A stretch of DNA of 64,000 bases from Epithemia pelagica (Eukaryota > Protista > Bacillariophyta): positions 806,001 to 870,000 of the forward strand of contig OX337239.1 of assembly GCA_946965045.2 (NCBI GenBank), given 5' to 3'. Position 1 is the first letter of the stretch. Each line of letters begins with the position of its first letter. Shown here in pieces: positions 1 to 10,916 of the stretch. The notes below the pieces were generated by a model. The model was not told the DNA's origin, did not search any database, and saw nothing but the letters and a program-made list of their open reading frames with translations. The translations under genes were made by a program, and so were the position numbers.

Positions 1-3000
1 GAAGTAGAGGACCAATCCCGCTCTGCGAACTCGTTTCCCGTCCTCTTTATGGTAATCGTCCGCATCATTACGGACGACTCCATCGAACATTGGGAGTTGG
101 TAAAGGGTGAGATGCGCAGTCTGGTACCACAACAGTACTCAGGACACGACATTACCGCACTTACCACTGATTTCGCGAACAAGGCACGTCCTCTTTCGGC
201 TGCTGGTCTTTATGACCACACCCTCACCGCGAATCTCCTCAAGAACATCCTCACCGCTGAATGGCCGGAAACTCCAAAATTTGACCTCTTGATTCTCAAC
301 AAGAAAGTCAAAGACGCCGTAGAACACATCCGTTTTCTCAATTGTTCCGTCGCTGACTCCTACATGAGCACCAACAAGCTCCTGTACACGCACGTCTCCG
401 AGATCGCCAACAACCGGTACCTTGTTAGTGTCAAGCAAGGCGAATGGAGTGCCAAAAGCTCCCACAAGGACAGCAAGGCCTTACCTGTTTCTTATGGCGG
501 GAACCTGACAGTGACAAACAATCGCCGTGGCAAGACCCATATCGGCTACCAAGCCAATGCCCTCATCCCTCAGATGCAAACGTATGGTAAGAGCAAGAAC
601 AGTTTTCGTGAGAAGGGGAAGAGCAAGAGCAACAACAAGTTCAAAGGCAAAACGGACAAGCCTTCTTCCACACCCAAAAACGATTCTACTCACCAATGGA
701 AACGTGTTCCCCCTGCAGACGGCCAGCCGGATGAACGTACCAAAGACGACCAAACATATTTCTGGTGCGGCACTTGCAAGATCTGGAACACCACGCATCG
801 TACTAGCAAGCATATTGTCGGATTCAAATCCATGGCCAAGAACAACAAGAACCAACAGAAACATAAAGCATCCGCTCATGTTCTTGAGTTTGACGCAACG
901 GCCTGGAAAGCAGAACTCGACCTCCATTCTCGCTACTGGGACAGGGACATTGTCAGAGAAATGGACAAGGAAGAATATGAGTTCTGTGAAGACAACTCAG
1001 AGGACGACGATTACGACCACTGTGACGACTCACCTGATGAGGAATACGAACTTTGTGCCTTCATGGCCTCCTTTGAAGAAGACGAAGAAAGCAAAGAAGA
1101 AAGGTATGAAGAAACCAAGTCCAATGAAGATTCAAGCTCGCTCTTCTCCAACACCACTCACCAAGCTGTTACACCGGATCGTGTCACTTCAGCCAACATT
1201 AAAGAAAAACAGTTCAGTGAGAGTGATATGGAAGACTCATCAGGAACCAGTACCATTGGAACGTTTGAGCCTACCTTTCCAGTCGTCGAGCCATCCAAGA
1301 ACAACGGACCAACATACTTCGATCAATGGAATGACATGGATCTCACGATGACAAACAACCATGATGACGATCCGCTCGATCCATTGAATGACGCTGCAAC
1401 CCAACGATTTCTCGAGGACATGTACGACAAAGAAATCACAGCAGCAGCAGCAATCAATGAGAACTACGACGAAATGGAAAGTGAAGAGACAGATCTCACT
1501 TACAAAACTCCTGAAACAAGCACGGACACATCGACCGATGCAATCAAGCATCTCCAAGCTGGACAATTGGCGAGTCTGGAAAAGAAACTACCAGCCATCT
1601 CTCCAATCCATCAGGCACGACCTCTGCCACCACGGCCAAATGCTCCCTTGCCCTTTTCTCCGAACGATCCGACTCCGCCGCCTCCTCCTCCAAGACGACG
1701 GCTGAGCATCCCTGCATCGACAAAATATGCAATGCAGCATATCATTCTCGAAGCAGAGCAAGCAAAAAGAGATGGGATGAGGTACGAGAGAGCAGCCAAA
1801 ACCGTGTTCGCAAACGCTTGGCGAGAGCCGAGACTTACCGTGGCTGAGGCATACCAACGTGTCAAAGAAGAGGAATGGGCAATGGGATACTTCGTTGATG
1901 GAATGCCCATTCCGAATCACCCTCGACCAGCATCTTGCTTTCCTGGAATGTCGCCCATTCCACCAGGCCCGATGGTTCCTTGTTTTCAACCGATGGACAC
2001 CTCCAGCTCTGGATCAGCGATGCAGTTCACTCCTGCAACAAAACTCACAACATTCCGTGAGAACAAGAATACGATGACAGATGACTCAACAAGCAACTCA
2101 TCCTCCTCTTTCGTTCCAACCAGCACGCTAGGCGAACGATATGTTCCCTCGGAACCCGAAAACAAGACGGATGATGATGACGACTCGAACAAGACAGTGG
2201 CAGTCACCAAGTATTTTGCCCATCTCGCTTGTGTCGATTTCGACGATGATGAAGATGAGGCTTCACAACCTGCCACTTCTCAACAAAATGAAGGAGACAC
2301 TGACCCCCAAGACACTTCGGACGGATCCAACTGTGCTGTGGACGAGACAGTAGGAGGCTCAATGGTAGGAAAATGCGTAGAAGTCTACTATGCACCTTTC
2401 ACCTTTGGACACGTGCGTACCCCACGACGACCGGCGCGCACGCCAGTCGAGGAGCTTTCAGACGAAACTTTCTCTCTTCAGCATCTTTTCTTGGTCGCCC
2501 TTCTACATTTTGTTGTCTTGTTACCGATCATCCTCTGGCTGATCCCAGCTCCAACCACTACCGAGGAATCTAAGGACGCCTTTACAAATGGGCTAGGACA
2601 CCTGTACAGTGCCGCGGTACATCTCTACTATGGTGTCTATGAAGCTTACTGCGGATTCAAGGAAATTTCTGTTTCCTTCTTGCTGCATCCTGGCTGCATG
2701 CCTGGTATCGTTACATGGATTTCTTGTTGGGTGGCCATCTTTCTCAGTTTCAGCCTCTCATCCAGTCCCAAAGCCAAGAACTCTAACAAAGCCAAGGGAC
2801 CAAATCGCCCCAATAACACCCAAAGGACCGCCGTCTCGGTCAATGCCTTTCGTGCCCAGCTAAACAACCGCCGAACCCACTTTGCCACCAACCACAACTC
2901 CCCTACAAGGTCCTTCTTCTTCTCCTTGTTCTCCACACCGATTCGGTTGATTGTTGTGTTTGGTTGTAGATTGTTGGAATGGTCGGCATCGTTATGTCAG

Positions 3001-5925
3001 GCTGGCCTTACGAGCTTACGAACCATTATACCCGCGAAGCGAGGGAGAAAACGGCGGAACACTTCATTCAAGGTCAACTCGAGTTCACCTCGAAGGCACA
3101 AGCGAAGCCGCGGGCCATTCGCTAACACACCTTCCGAGCATAATGACTCCACACTACCGACCAGCCGACGAATGCCGACAAAGACAAGTTTGTTGCGTTC
3201 TCGCGCTCGTCGCTTCCAGCACCCCATCTCTGCTGGAAATCCCCATCAACATCTGGCGGGATACAACCGTCAGAGATCGAACACCGAAAACAGGAGCAAC
3301 ACTCCCTATTATTGCCAAAACGTACCATGCTCCACACGGCCTGTACCACGATTTCATCATCACCGAGCCTCCCTCAATCCAAACAACATGATGGCAATGA
3401 TGGCCTCCATCAACGATCTTGACCTTGACTCCATCACACACCACCCGTGGGAGAACATCACCCTACAGGCTCTTCGAGCAACACTCCAAGATCCAAAGGC
3501 TCTTCGTGAATCCATGCCAAAAGGAGCCTCGTACCCAATCATCTGGGACTCCGGAGCGAGTATCTCCATTACCAACGACGCCAAGGACTTCATTGGAAAG
3601 ATCAAGCCCTTCCCTGATCTGAAAGTAAAAGGTATTGCCAATAAAATGAAGGCTGTTGGACGAGGAACTGTCCTTTGGACGGTTTTGGACACGAATGGCG
3701 CTCCACGAATGTTGAAACTTCCTGCATTCCATGTACCAAAAATTTCTGTGAGATTGTTGTCAACGCAAAATCTTCTTCAGCAGTACCATGGAGAGAAAAT
3801 CATTCAGGACGGTTATACACTTACCTTGACTGGAATTCCAGGCGACCCTGATCGCCGAGAGGTAAATGTGATGGTAAATCCGAAGAACAATCTTCCAATG
3901 TCCTACGGATACAATTCAGACCACTTACAAACAACATCACTCGCTTTCAACAGTACTGTGAATGAAGTCGCACACCAAAACGCAAACCTCTCACCAGCAC
4001 AGAAGGAACTTCTCAAATGGCATTACCGACTCGGACACATGAATCTTCTCAAGGTACAGTTTCTCATGCGAACAGGCGTTTTGGCAACAACAGAGAAAAC
4101 GCGTCGTTTACACACTCTCGCATCCACACTCACCGACTTACCCTTGTGCGCAGCATGTCAATTCGGGAAACAACGCAGACGAACCAAACCAGGGACGAAA
4201 ACGATCATCGTCAAAGACAAACAAGGGGTTACCAAAGACGGTAACCTGCATCCAGGTCAATGCATCTCAGTAGATCATTTTGTGTGTTCTACAAAGGGGA
4301 GACGCTTTGACTCAAAGGGGAAATCAAAAATCAACGATCTTTATACAGGTGGAGCAATCTTTGTAGACCACGCTTCGGGATACACGTGGATAGGATTTCA
4401 ATCCCACCTAAATACACATGAAACGCTGAGTGTTAAGGAATCCTTCGAGCTTTTCTGTAGAGAAATAGGGGTAGTACCGCTTCAATACCTAACGGACAAT
4501 GGAGCAGCCTTTACCTCTAAGGATTACACCCAATCACTCCGAACATTCGCTCAAATTTCCAGATTTGCCGGAGTTGGGGCACATCACCATGCTGGCATTG
4601 CCGAACGGGCAATACAAACTATTATGTCTATTGCTCGTACAATGATGCTCCATGCTGCAATACACTGGCCAGAATTAGCTGACCCTATGCTATGGCCCAT
4701 GGCAGTATCACATGCAGTGTACCTACATAATCATGTGCCCCGTACTGACACAGGGATTAGCCCCCACGACTTATTTACACGTGTCCGTTGGGAACAACGA
4801 AAGTTCCACGACCTACACGTGTGGGGCTGCCCAGTCTATGTCCTACAGAAATCCATTGCCGACGGGAAGAAACTACCTCGTTGGAAGCCTAGGTCTACAC
4901 GTTGCCAACTCATGGGGTTAAGTAACCGCCATGCTAGTTTGGTCCCTCTGGTACTTAACCCTGACACCGGCTACATAACACCACAATTCCATGTAGTTTT
5001 TGACGATTGGTTCAGTACAATTGCTATGACTTATGAACAATTGCCCAACTTCTTCACTAACACGTGGTATAAACTGTTCGGAGACTCCTCCTATCAATAT
5101 ATAGATCTCGACAACGACGATGCTCCAAATATTGAAGCGCCTACTACTACAGATGAGGCCGCACAACAGTCCTATACACAAAGAGAATCCGATGTCGCAC
5201 ATGCAATTGGGACTCATCGTCCTTTTGCCGTGCTTCCATCGCCTTCCCAACCCAGTTCCACTCCTGGCACGTTTCCTTTAACTAATCCCCGTGCTACTCC
5301 CATTGGCGCACCAGCACCCAGTTCGACACCAAGCAACAGACCCGTATCGATTTCAGCTCCCAATGAGGAACCAGTGTATCAACCATCCCCTAAGCGGATG
5401 TCCTTTTCCAATACACCCCTTTCTCAGAGGGAGAAAACTGACCAGGTCGCTGAAACCTCGCCTTCGACAACCCCTCTTTTGCCTTCTCCTTCTCCCAACA
5501 CTACTCCTTCCCCTGGCCCATCTCCTCAGAGGGAGATTCGGCCTCAGAGGGAGTCCCGTCCTCGCATATCCACTCAACCCACTTCCGGTTCCACTCCCCC
5601 TCTCGCACCAACCATCACCACTCGTCGCTCCGGTCGGACTGTTAAACGGCCCACTCGTCTTGTAGAAGAAATAAATGTGGCTACCGTTCATCCTACTGCT
5701 CCTCCATCTGTAGATCATAGCGACCTCCTGACTGTCATGAAAGCATCTCTCTCTGATCCAGATACGCTTTCTTATGACGAAGCCATGCGAGATGCTGACA
5801 TTGAAAAATGGAAAGTTGCAGCACACAAAGAAATTATGGAACTCGAAGGTAAAGGAACATGGGAAGAGGTCCCAAAATCTCAGGCAAAAACGCGGATTCT
5901 ACCAGGAACTTGGGTATTTAAATGA
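1..5925 (+). CDS. Gag-protease-integrase-start of RT polyprotein, 5'-partial (frame open from base 1)
   Basis: Frame 1 is open from base 1 to TGA at 5923-5925 and carries the motifs listed for the element. Confidence 0.9.
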   Translation, partial: EVEDQSRSANSFPVLFMVIVRIITDDSIEHWELVKGEMRSLVPQQYSGHDITALTTDFANKARPLSAAGLYDHTLTANLLKNILTAEWPETPKFDLLILNKKVKDAVEHIRFLNCSVADSYMSTNKLLYTHVSEIANNRYLVSVKQGEWSAKSSHKDSKALPVSYGGNLTVTNNRRGKTHIGYQANALIPQMQTYGKSKNSFREKGKSKSNNKFKGKTDKPSSTPKNDSTHQWKRVPPADGQPDERTKDDQTYFWCGTCKIWNTTHRTSKHIVGFKSMAKNNKNQQKHKASAHVLEFDATAWKAELDLHSRYWDRDIVREMDKEEYEFCEDNSEDDDYDHCDDSPDEEYELCAFMASFEEDEESKEERYEETKSNEDSSSLFSNTTHQAVTPDRVTSANIKEKQFSESDMEDSSGTSTIGTFEPTFPVVEPSKNNGPTYFDQWNDMDLTMTNNHDDDPLDPLNDAATQRFLEDMYDKEITAAAAINENYDEMESEETDLTYKTPETSTDTSTDAIKHLQAGQLASLEKKLPAISPIHQARPLPPRPNAPLPFSPNDPTPPPPPPRRRLSIPASTKYAMQHIILEAEQAKRDGMRYERAAKTVFANAWREPRLTVAEAYQRVKEEEWAMGYFVDGMPIPNHPRPASCFPGMSPIPPGPMVPCFQPMDTSSSGSAMQFTPATKLTTFRENKNTMTDDSTSNSSSSFVPTSTLGERYVPSEPENKTDDDDDSNKTVAVTKYFAHLACVDFDDDEDEASQPATSQQNEGDTDPQDTSDGSNCAVDETVGGSMVGKCVEVYYAPFTFGHVRTPRRPARTPVEELSDETFSLQHLFLVALLHFVVLLPIILWLIPAPTTTEESKDAFTNGLGHLYSAAVHLYYGVYEAYCGFKEISVSFLLHPGCMPGIVTWISCWVAIFLSFSLSSSPKAKNSNKAKGPNRPNNTQRTAVSVNAFRAQLNNRRTHFATNHNSPTRSFFFSLFSTPIRLIVVFGCRLLEWSASLCQAGLTSLRTIIPAKRGRKRRNTSFKVNSSSPRRHKRSRGPFANTPSEHNDSTLPTSRRMPTKTSLLRSRARRFQHPISAGNPHQHLAGYNRQRSNTENRSNTPYYCQNVPCSTRPVPRFHHHRASLNPNNMMAMMASINDLDLDSITHHPWENITLQALRATLQDPKALRESMPKGASYPIIWDSGASISITNDAKDFIGKIKPFPDLKVKGIANKMKAVGRGTVLWTVLDTNGAPRMLKLPAFHVPKISVRLLSTQNLLQQYHGEKIIQDGYTLTLTGIPGDPDRREVNVMVNPKNNLPMSYGYNSDHLQTTSLAFNSTVNEVAHQNANLSPAQKELLKWHYRLGHMNLLKVQFLMRTGVLATTEKTRRLHTLASTLTDLPLCAACQFGKQRRRTKPGTKTIIVKDKQGVTKDGNLHPGQCISVDHFVCSTKGRRFDSKGKSKINDLYTGGAIFVDHASGYTWIGFQSHLNTHETLSVKESFELFCREIGVVPLQYLTDNGAAFTSKDYTQSLRTFAQISRFAGVGAHHHAGIAERAIQTIMSIARTMMLHAAIHWPELADPMLWPMAVSHAVYLHNHVPRTDTGISPHDLFTRVRWEQRKFHDLHVWGCPVYVLQKSIADGKKLPRWKPRSTRCQLMGLSNRHASLVPLVLNPDTGYITPQFHVVFDDWFSTIAMTYEQLPNFFTNTWYKLFGDSSYQYIDLDNDDAPNIEAPTTTDEAAQQSYTQRESDVAHAIGTHRPFAVLPSPSQPSSTPGTFPLTNPRATPIGAPAPSSTPSNRPVSISAPNEEPVYQPSPKRMSFSNTPLSQREKTDQVAETSPSTTPLLPSPSPNTTPSPGPSPQREIRPQRESRPRISTQPTSGSTPPLAPTITTRRSGRTVKRPTRLVEEINVATVHPTAPPSVDHSDLLTVMKASLSDPDTLSYDEAMRDADIEKWKVAAHKEIMELEGKGTWEEVPKSQAKTRILPGTWVFK

Positions 5926-7332
5926 AAGAGAACTCCCGATGGTGAGATCCTCAAACACAAAGCCAGATATTGTGTGAGAGGAGACTTACAGGAAACGGAA
6001 CAAGAAAACTACAGCCCAGTTGTTCACTGGAGCTCAATCCGTATTGTCCTCACTATCAGCTTAATCCTAGGATGGGAGCTTGCCTGCATTGATTTGAACA
6101 ATGCATTTGTACAAGCTACGTTGGATGAACCTGTATGGATTCATTTACCTAGAGGATTTAGGTCTGGTAAACCTGGAGAGACCTGCCTGCGACTCATCAA
6201 GAGTCTATATGGCCTTTCTTCAGTTCCAAGGTTATGGTATACCCACCTACTAGAGGCTTTAAAGGAAGACGGATTCACCCTTAGTGCTCATGACGAGTGT
6301 TTGCTTTACAAAGACAACATCATCATTTTTCTGTGGGTAGACGACTGTGGTGTCTGTGCTCCTAAAATGGAACTCATAGACGATCTAATCAAACGACTAC
6401 AAGAAAAAGGGTTATCTCTCAAGAAAGAAGGAAATCTAACTGACTACCTCGGAATAAACTTTATCCGTCATGAGAATAAATCTATTACCATGACCCAGAA
6501 AGGACTTATTACGAAGATTATTAAAACTACAGGACTAGAAGATTGCAACCCTAATTGGACTCCTGCAACCCAGCTGGGATTAGGCAGCGACCCAGACGGT
6601 GAACCTATGAAGGAAAGCTGGGAATATCGCTCCGTAGTAGGAATGCTCCTATACCTGGCTACCAACACTAGACCTGACATAGCTTTCGCTGTTAGTCAGG
6701 TAGCTAGATTCAGTTCAGCACCAAAGAAATCACACGCTACCGCCATCAAGACAATTGTGCGCTACTTAGTTCGCACAAGAGACAAAGGGACTATCTTCAC
6801 CCCTACTACAGATTTCAAACTAGATTGCTATGTAGATGCTGATTTTGCCGGTTTGCATGGACGCGAACCCCAAGACAATCCCGTTAGTGCTAAGTCTCGT
6901 ACTGGCTATATACTAACATTTTGTGGATGCCCACTAATATGGCGTTCGCAACTCCAATCATCGGTAGCTCTTAGTACACTCCAGGCTGAGTACCATGCCC
7001 TCTCACAAGCCATGCGTAGTGTGATAGCTACCCGCCGAGTGATTGAAGAACTTTTAGGCAATCTCAAGCTGCCGTTCCCGAAGCCCACTATTTTCTCTGA
7101 AGTCTTTGAGGACAATAGTGGAGCCTTTTACCTTGCAACGAAGCAGCGCCTAACTCCAAGGACCAAGCATTTTAACACCTACCTCCACTTCTTTTGGGAG
7201 CATGTAGGCGACCACCCCGGCGGCGTGAAAGTTAGCATGGTCAGCACAGCTGACCAAAAGGCTGATTACTTTACTAAATACCAGAATCGAGAACTTTTTG
7301 AGCGCTGCCGTAAGCTCAATCAAGGATGGTAA
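5926..7332 (+). pseudogene. RT-RNase H continuation, same frame after a premature TGA
   Basis: TGG GTA TTT AAA TGA AAG AGA ACT CCC GAT reads WVFK*KRTPDGEILKHKARYCVRGD. The conserved RT motif is split by a single in-frame stop. Confidence 0.9.
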
Positions 7333-7376
7333 ACCATCATACCTTCCATGTCGCAATTCTAGCCCAATCACTCCAT

Positions 7377-7387
7377 GAGAGGGAGAG
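7377..7387 (+). promoter_or_regulatory. Polypurine tract (plus-strand primer) of the first copia element
   Basis: GAGAGGGAGAG lies ~45 nt after the pol stop, the expected PPT position. Confidence 0.6.
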
Positions 7388-9314
7388 TTACAACATAGCA
7401 CATCTAGCACCATTAGATCTAGGTGTGACATAGCATGACATAGCTACGACATAGAGGAAAGCAGCTGTCCTGAAGTAAGACAGACGCTCGTGTTGCAGTT
7501 GAACGGACGAACAACAGATGGATTTAGCTGAATAGTAACTTCACCCAGCAGTCCAGGAAGATTCATGTACTAATTATTCATATACATGCACAATGCAAGT
7601 CGCGAGCCTACACATCCGTTCATACGAACGCAAGTTGGACGATACCTCTAGTCGTAATATCTTCTCTCTCAAATTGAGAATTACACAAAGATAACGATCG
7701 ACCTTCAGATGATCTAGCAGGCCTGTTCCAAAGGTAAGTACCTTCTAGAAAGAACATTCATAAGGCCCAAACAATCAGGAGAGGTGAATACTCTCATCTA
7801 ATCATGAAGAACAAAAAGAACAAGGAAGAACTATTCTCCAAGAGAGAAATGGAGCGGCTAAGTTCTCCTTGAGATCGGAGATTGATCAGACCTGAAAATC
7901 ACTTTCATGTAGATTAATCTCACTCTTTTCTAAAATACAAAAGTTACAAGCAACTGTTGTCTACAAAAGGAGTCAACCTATATCGTAGACCGAAGGTGAG
8001 GGCCCCATCGTCGATCCAACGTGATAGGTTGACTAACATTGCTACCCAACTGAACTAACCCCGATTATCAAGTCGTTATCACACCTAGCTAGCAGATATC
8101 CTAAGTGTTTGCATGTTGTAGCATAGACAGGCATTCATCGTGAACTCTTCCACCTTGTACAATCCAGAGTGGAGAGCGTGGAGGACGTCTCGTGCTGTCC
8201 TTCTTGGCGACAATCGGCGCGTCCGCTGTGGTACACAAATCCTCAGATCGTGGAAAGTAGCAAGTCATGGACGAGTGTTGTTGTTGGGACAACTGAGTTG
8301 GCTCCAATGAGTCCACGGTCGAGGCGAGATGAGACGCCGACCGAGCTGCATGCCTCTGCACATGCCATACGACCACAGGGTCAAATCACTGCCAATCCCA
8401 GATCTGTTTCGCCAGGGAAATCTCGCTTCGGGGATGTCACAAGAACTTTGATGACCGGCGATTCGTTTGGCAATGGGAGAGTGCAGGTCCAATTTCGTCC
8501 AATCCAGGCGCAAACTAGCAGAGGGAACCGGCAACAAAGTCGATTCCTCCCCAATAGGTGTATCATTCGCCACGTTTGCAGAAATTGACGGCCCCTTCCC
8601 TACGGGTGGATTTGCGGCAAATGAAGAAGATAGATTGCTGGTTGCAACTTCACCCGAGAAGGACGAAGCTGGCGTGAAAAGAGAAAGATTCGCAATCTGA
8701 CAGGTCTGAGCATGGAACGACTACACAAAAACAACAAAAGCCATCAACCTAGCCCTGGTACGAAGGGTGGGAAACCCATTGCGGTGGACTGGAACGTGTC
8801 TTGATGAACTCCTTTACCGACGGCGACATGGAAATAAACGAGTGCACACAACAACTCTCTGGAAAGAGAGTCGTTTGTCTCACAAATCTTTTGACTCTCA
8901 AATGTGCAAACCCAGGCTCCTTGAACGACTGAGATTACCAATTACTCCTACGATTACATGACTCCAACTCTGTGATTAGGTGGAAGCGGTCTCTCCGTAG
9001 TCCGTAGTGTTTGCTTGTAAGGATCAGCCTGTGGACTGGGACGGGGAAAATGTGAGAAGGAAGAGAAAGAGTCATTTCGTTTGCCCAACAGGCAATCTTG
9101 GACACTTCTTGGGGGTAGTTTTGTGTGATTGGGCAAGCCCCAACAAACGATCTCGCGCCAGAGAAAAGGGGCGACCCACATGACATGATGCGCGACCCAT
9201 TTCATTGTGACGAATGCGAAAGATCCTGTTCTTAGTTCTTACTCTGACAACAGCAGATCAACACACGAGCAAGGCAACAAAAGAAAGAGTCGCCAGGGGA
9301 TCCGAAGAACCAGA

Positions 9315-10021
9315 ATGATGATGAAGCACAGTAGTATCGCTTTCTGTTTGAGCCTTTTGCTGGTGGCCTTGACCCGTTCTTTCGTGTCCGGATTTGGCAT
9401 TCCTTTGCAACGTACCGTGTCCGTCCCCACTGCCGCGTTGGCTGCCACATTGTCGTCGTCGTCGTCCGTTGTCGACGACCACCACGACGAACCTACCGAC
9501 GTGCCAACAACAAAAAAGGTCAATCCTTTCATGGCCGCATCGGCTCTCCTCATGGCCAATCTGCCTGTATCGATGGTCTTGGCTGTCACGGAAATAGTGG
9601 AGGACGATTACGAATATGGCAAAGTCGATGCTCCGATTGGCCTCGCGGTAGCCGGTGGTTTGTTGGCCATTTTGACCGGTACGTCACTATTGTATTGATC
9701 GAACATCGCCATGTGTTCGTCCTTGTCGTGGTGTGTGGATGGATGGATTTGTTCCGTGGGTGTCGCATCCCCACTGGAGAATAGGGGAGTGATGGGAGAG
9801 TATGGAGGATGAGGATCGCTCGACGGTGGCTTCGTATCTAGTTTGCCAGCCAGCCTTGTGGTGTGGATGGACGGTTTTGTTCTGTTCTGTTTGTGTAGTA
9901 GGAGAGGTTACGGTATGATGCAAGAACGTGCAGGACGAGAATCGCCCGAGGGCGGAACATTGCAGTGCTCTGTTCCGAACCCCATGGTGGTTCCTAGGGG
10001 GAAGTGTTGGGATTTTCTCTT

Positions 10022-10053
<32 letters not shown>

Positions 10054-10200
10054 TTGTTGTTTTCCCTCTACGCTTGTTGTTGTGCAGCGGCAGTCCCGGT
10101 ACTACTCCGGCCGGGTGAAGAAGCACTCGAAGAAATGCGGGAAAATGAAGGCTACTCCTTTGGTCGTGACAACCAGGACACGCTCAACCGAAGAAAGTAA
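9315..10200 (+). CDS. Small plastid-targeted single-TM protein, 2 exons (9315-9678, 10088-10200), 158 aa
   Basis: Hydrophobic signal peptide ending VSG-F (ASAFAP-like), then a transit-like region. A GTACGT...TGCAG intron restores the frame: LLAILTA-AVPVLLRPGEEALEEMRENEGYSFGRDNQDTLNRRK*. Confidence 0.75.
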
Positions 10201-10916
10201 ACCAACCTTCCTACAAGATACAGTCTTTTTGGAAACTCAACGGTTCAACACCATTCTATGTGTCATGTCAAGAGGCACACGACGACAAGAGACTGCACGG
10301 GTCCCAAAAAGACGCAGCTTCGGGCCGTGAGTGTGCAATCCTCGATTGTTCCAATATATAACGTAAAACCTTGCACAATTCAAAACCAAAACTTTGTAGC
10401 ATGTAATCCGGAAGGACTGTAGATTGGGAATACATGTCCGGCAACACCGAGACCATGTGTGTATTCTAATGTTTGCCCTTGTGGATCCAGATCGTTGATG
10501 CTACGTGTTACTCTTGACTGGTGTGTCACTCAACACACTGCCAATTGTGCTGCTGGATTGAACATCATGGTATCCATACGTTGGTCTCGGATGCGTTTCC
10601 TTCATCCAACGTCCACTGACGGCAAGAAAAGAATGGACATGAGATTTTCTACGACACCTTCTGCCGGCTTGATCGTTCATGTAACACTCTCAACCATTTT
10701 CATCACTGTTCCTCATGCATCAGTTTCGGTCATTGATTTTCTACAAAGACAAGCCGATTTGCAACGCATTTGTGTCTCAAAACAATAATTAGTAACTACT
10801 CGCCATGACGTGTCTCTAAACCATGATATTGTTTATTGGTGGAACAGTGTTGATCGTTTCAATCTCAGTCGAAGGTAGGTAGTTTACCGTGAGCCCATTC
10901 CCATTGTCGCCAAAGC

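Larger units (their letters stand above)
1..7390 (+). mobile_element. Ty1/copia LTR retrotransposon (CoDi-like), 5' end outside window; 3' LTR probably starts ~7386 but cannot be delimited
   Basis: Domain order is gag Zn knuckle (WCGTCKIWNTTHRTSKH), protease (IIWDSGAS), integrase (HYRLGH..CAAC, VDH, TDNG, AERA), RT (WVFK, LYGL, WVDD), RNase H (YVDADFAG, EDN). Integrase before RT is the copia order. A purine tract follows the stop. Confidence 0.95.

Noticed and set aside
7386-8100. 3' LTR of the first copia element
   Set aside because: The 5' LTR is outside the window, so there is nothing to compare. The sequence after the PPT starts AGTTAC/TTAC rather than TG, and the end cannot be placed.
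8101-9000. Short ORFs after the first retrotransposon; likewise 37048-37640 and 52054-52554
   Set aside because: No recognisable motifs and overlapping short frames, so there is insufficient support.
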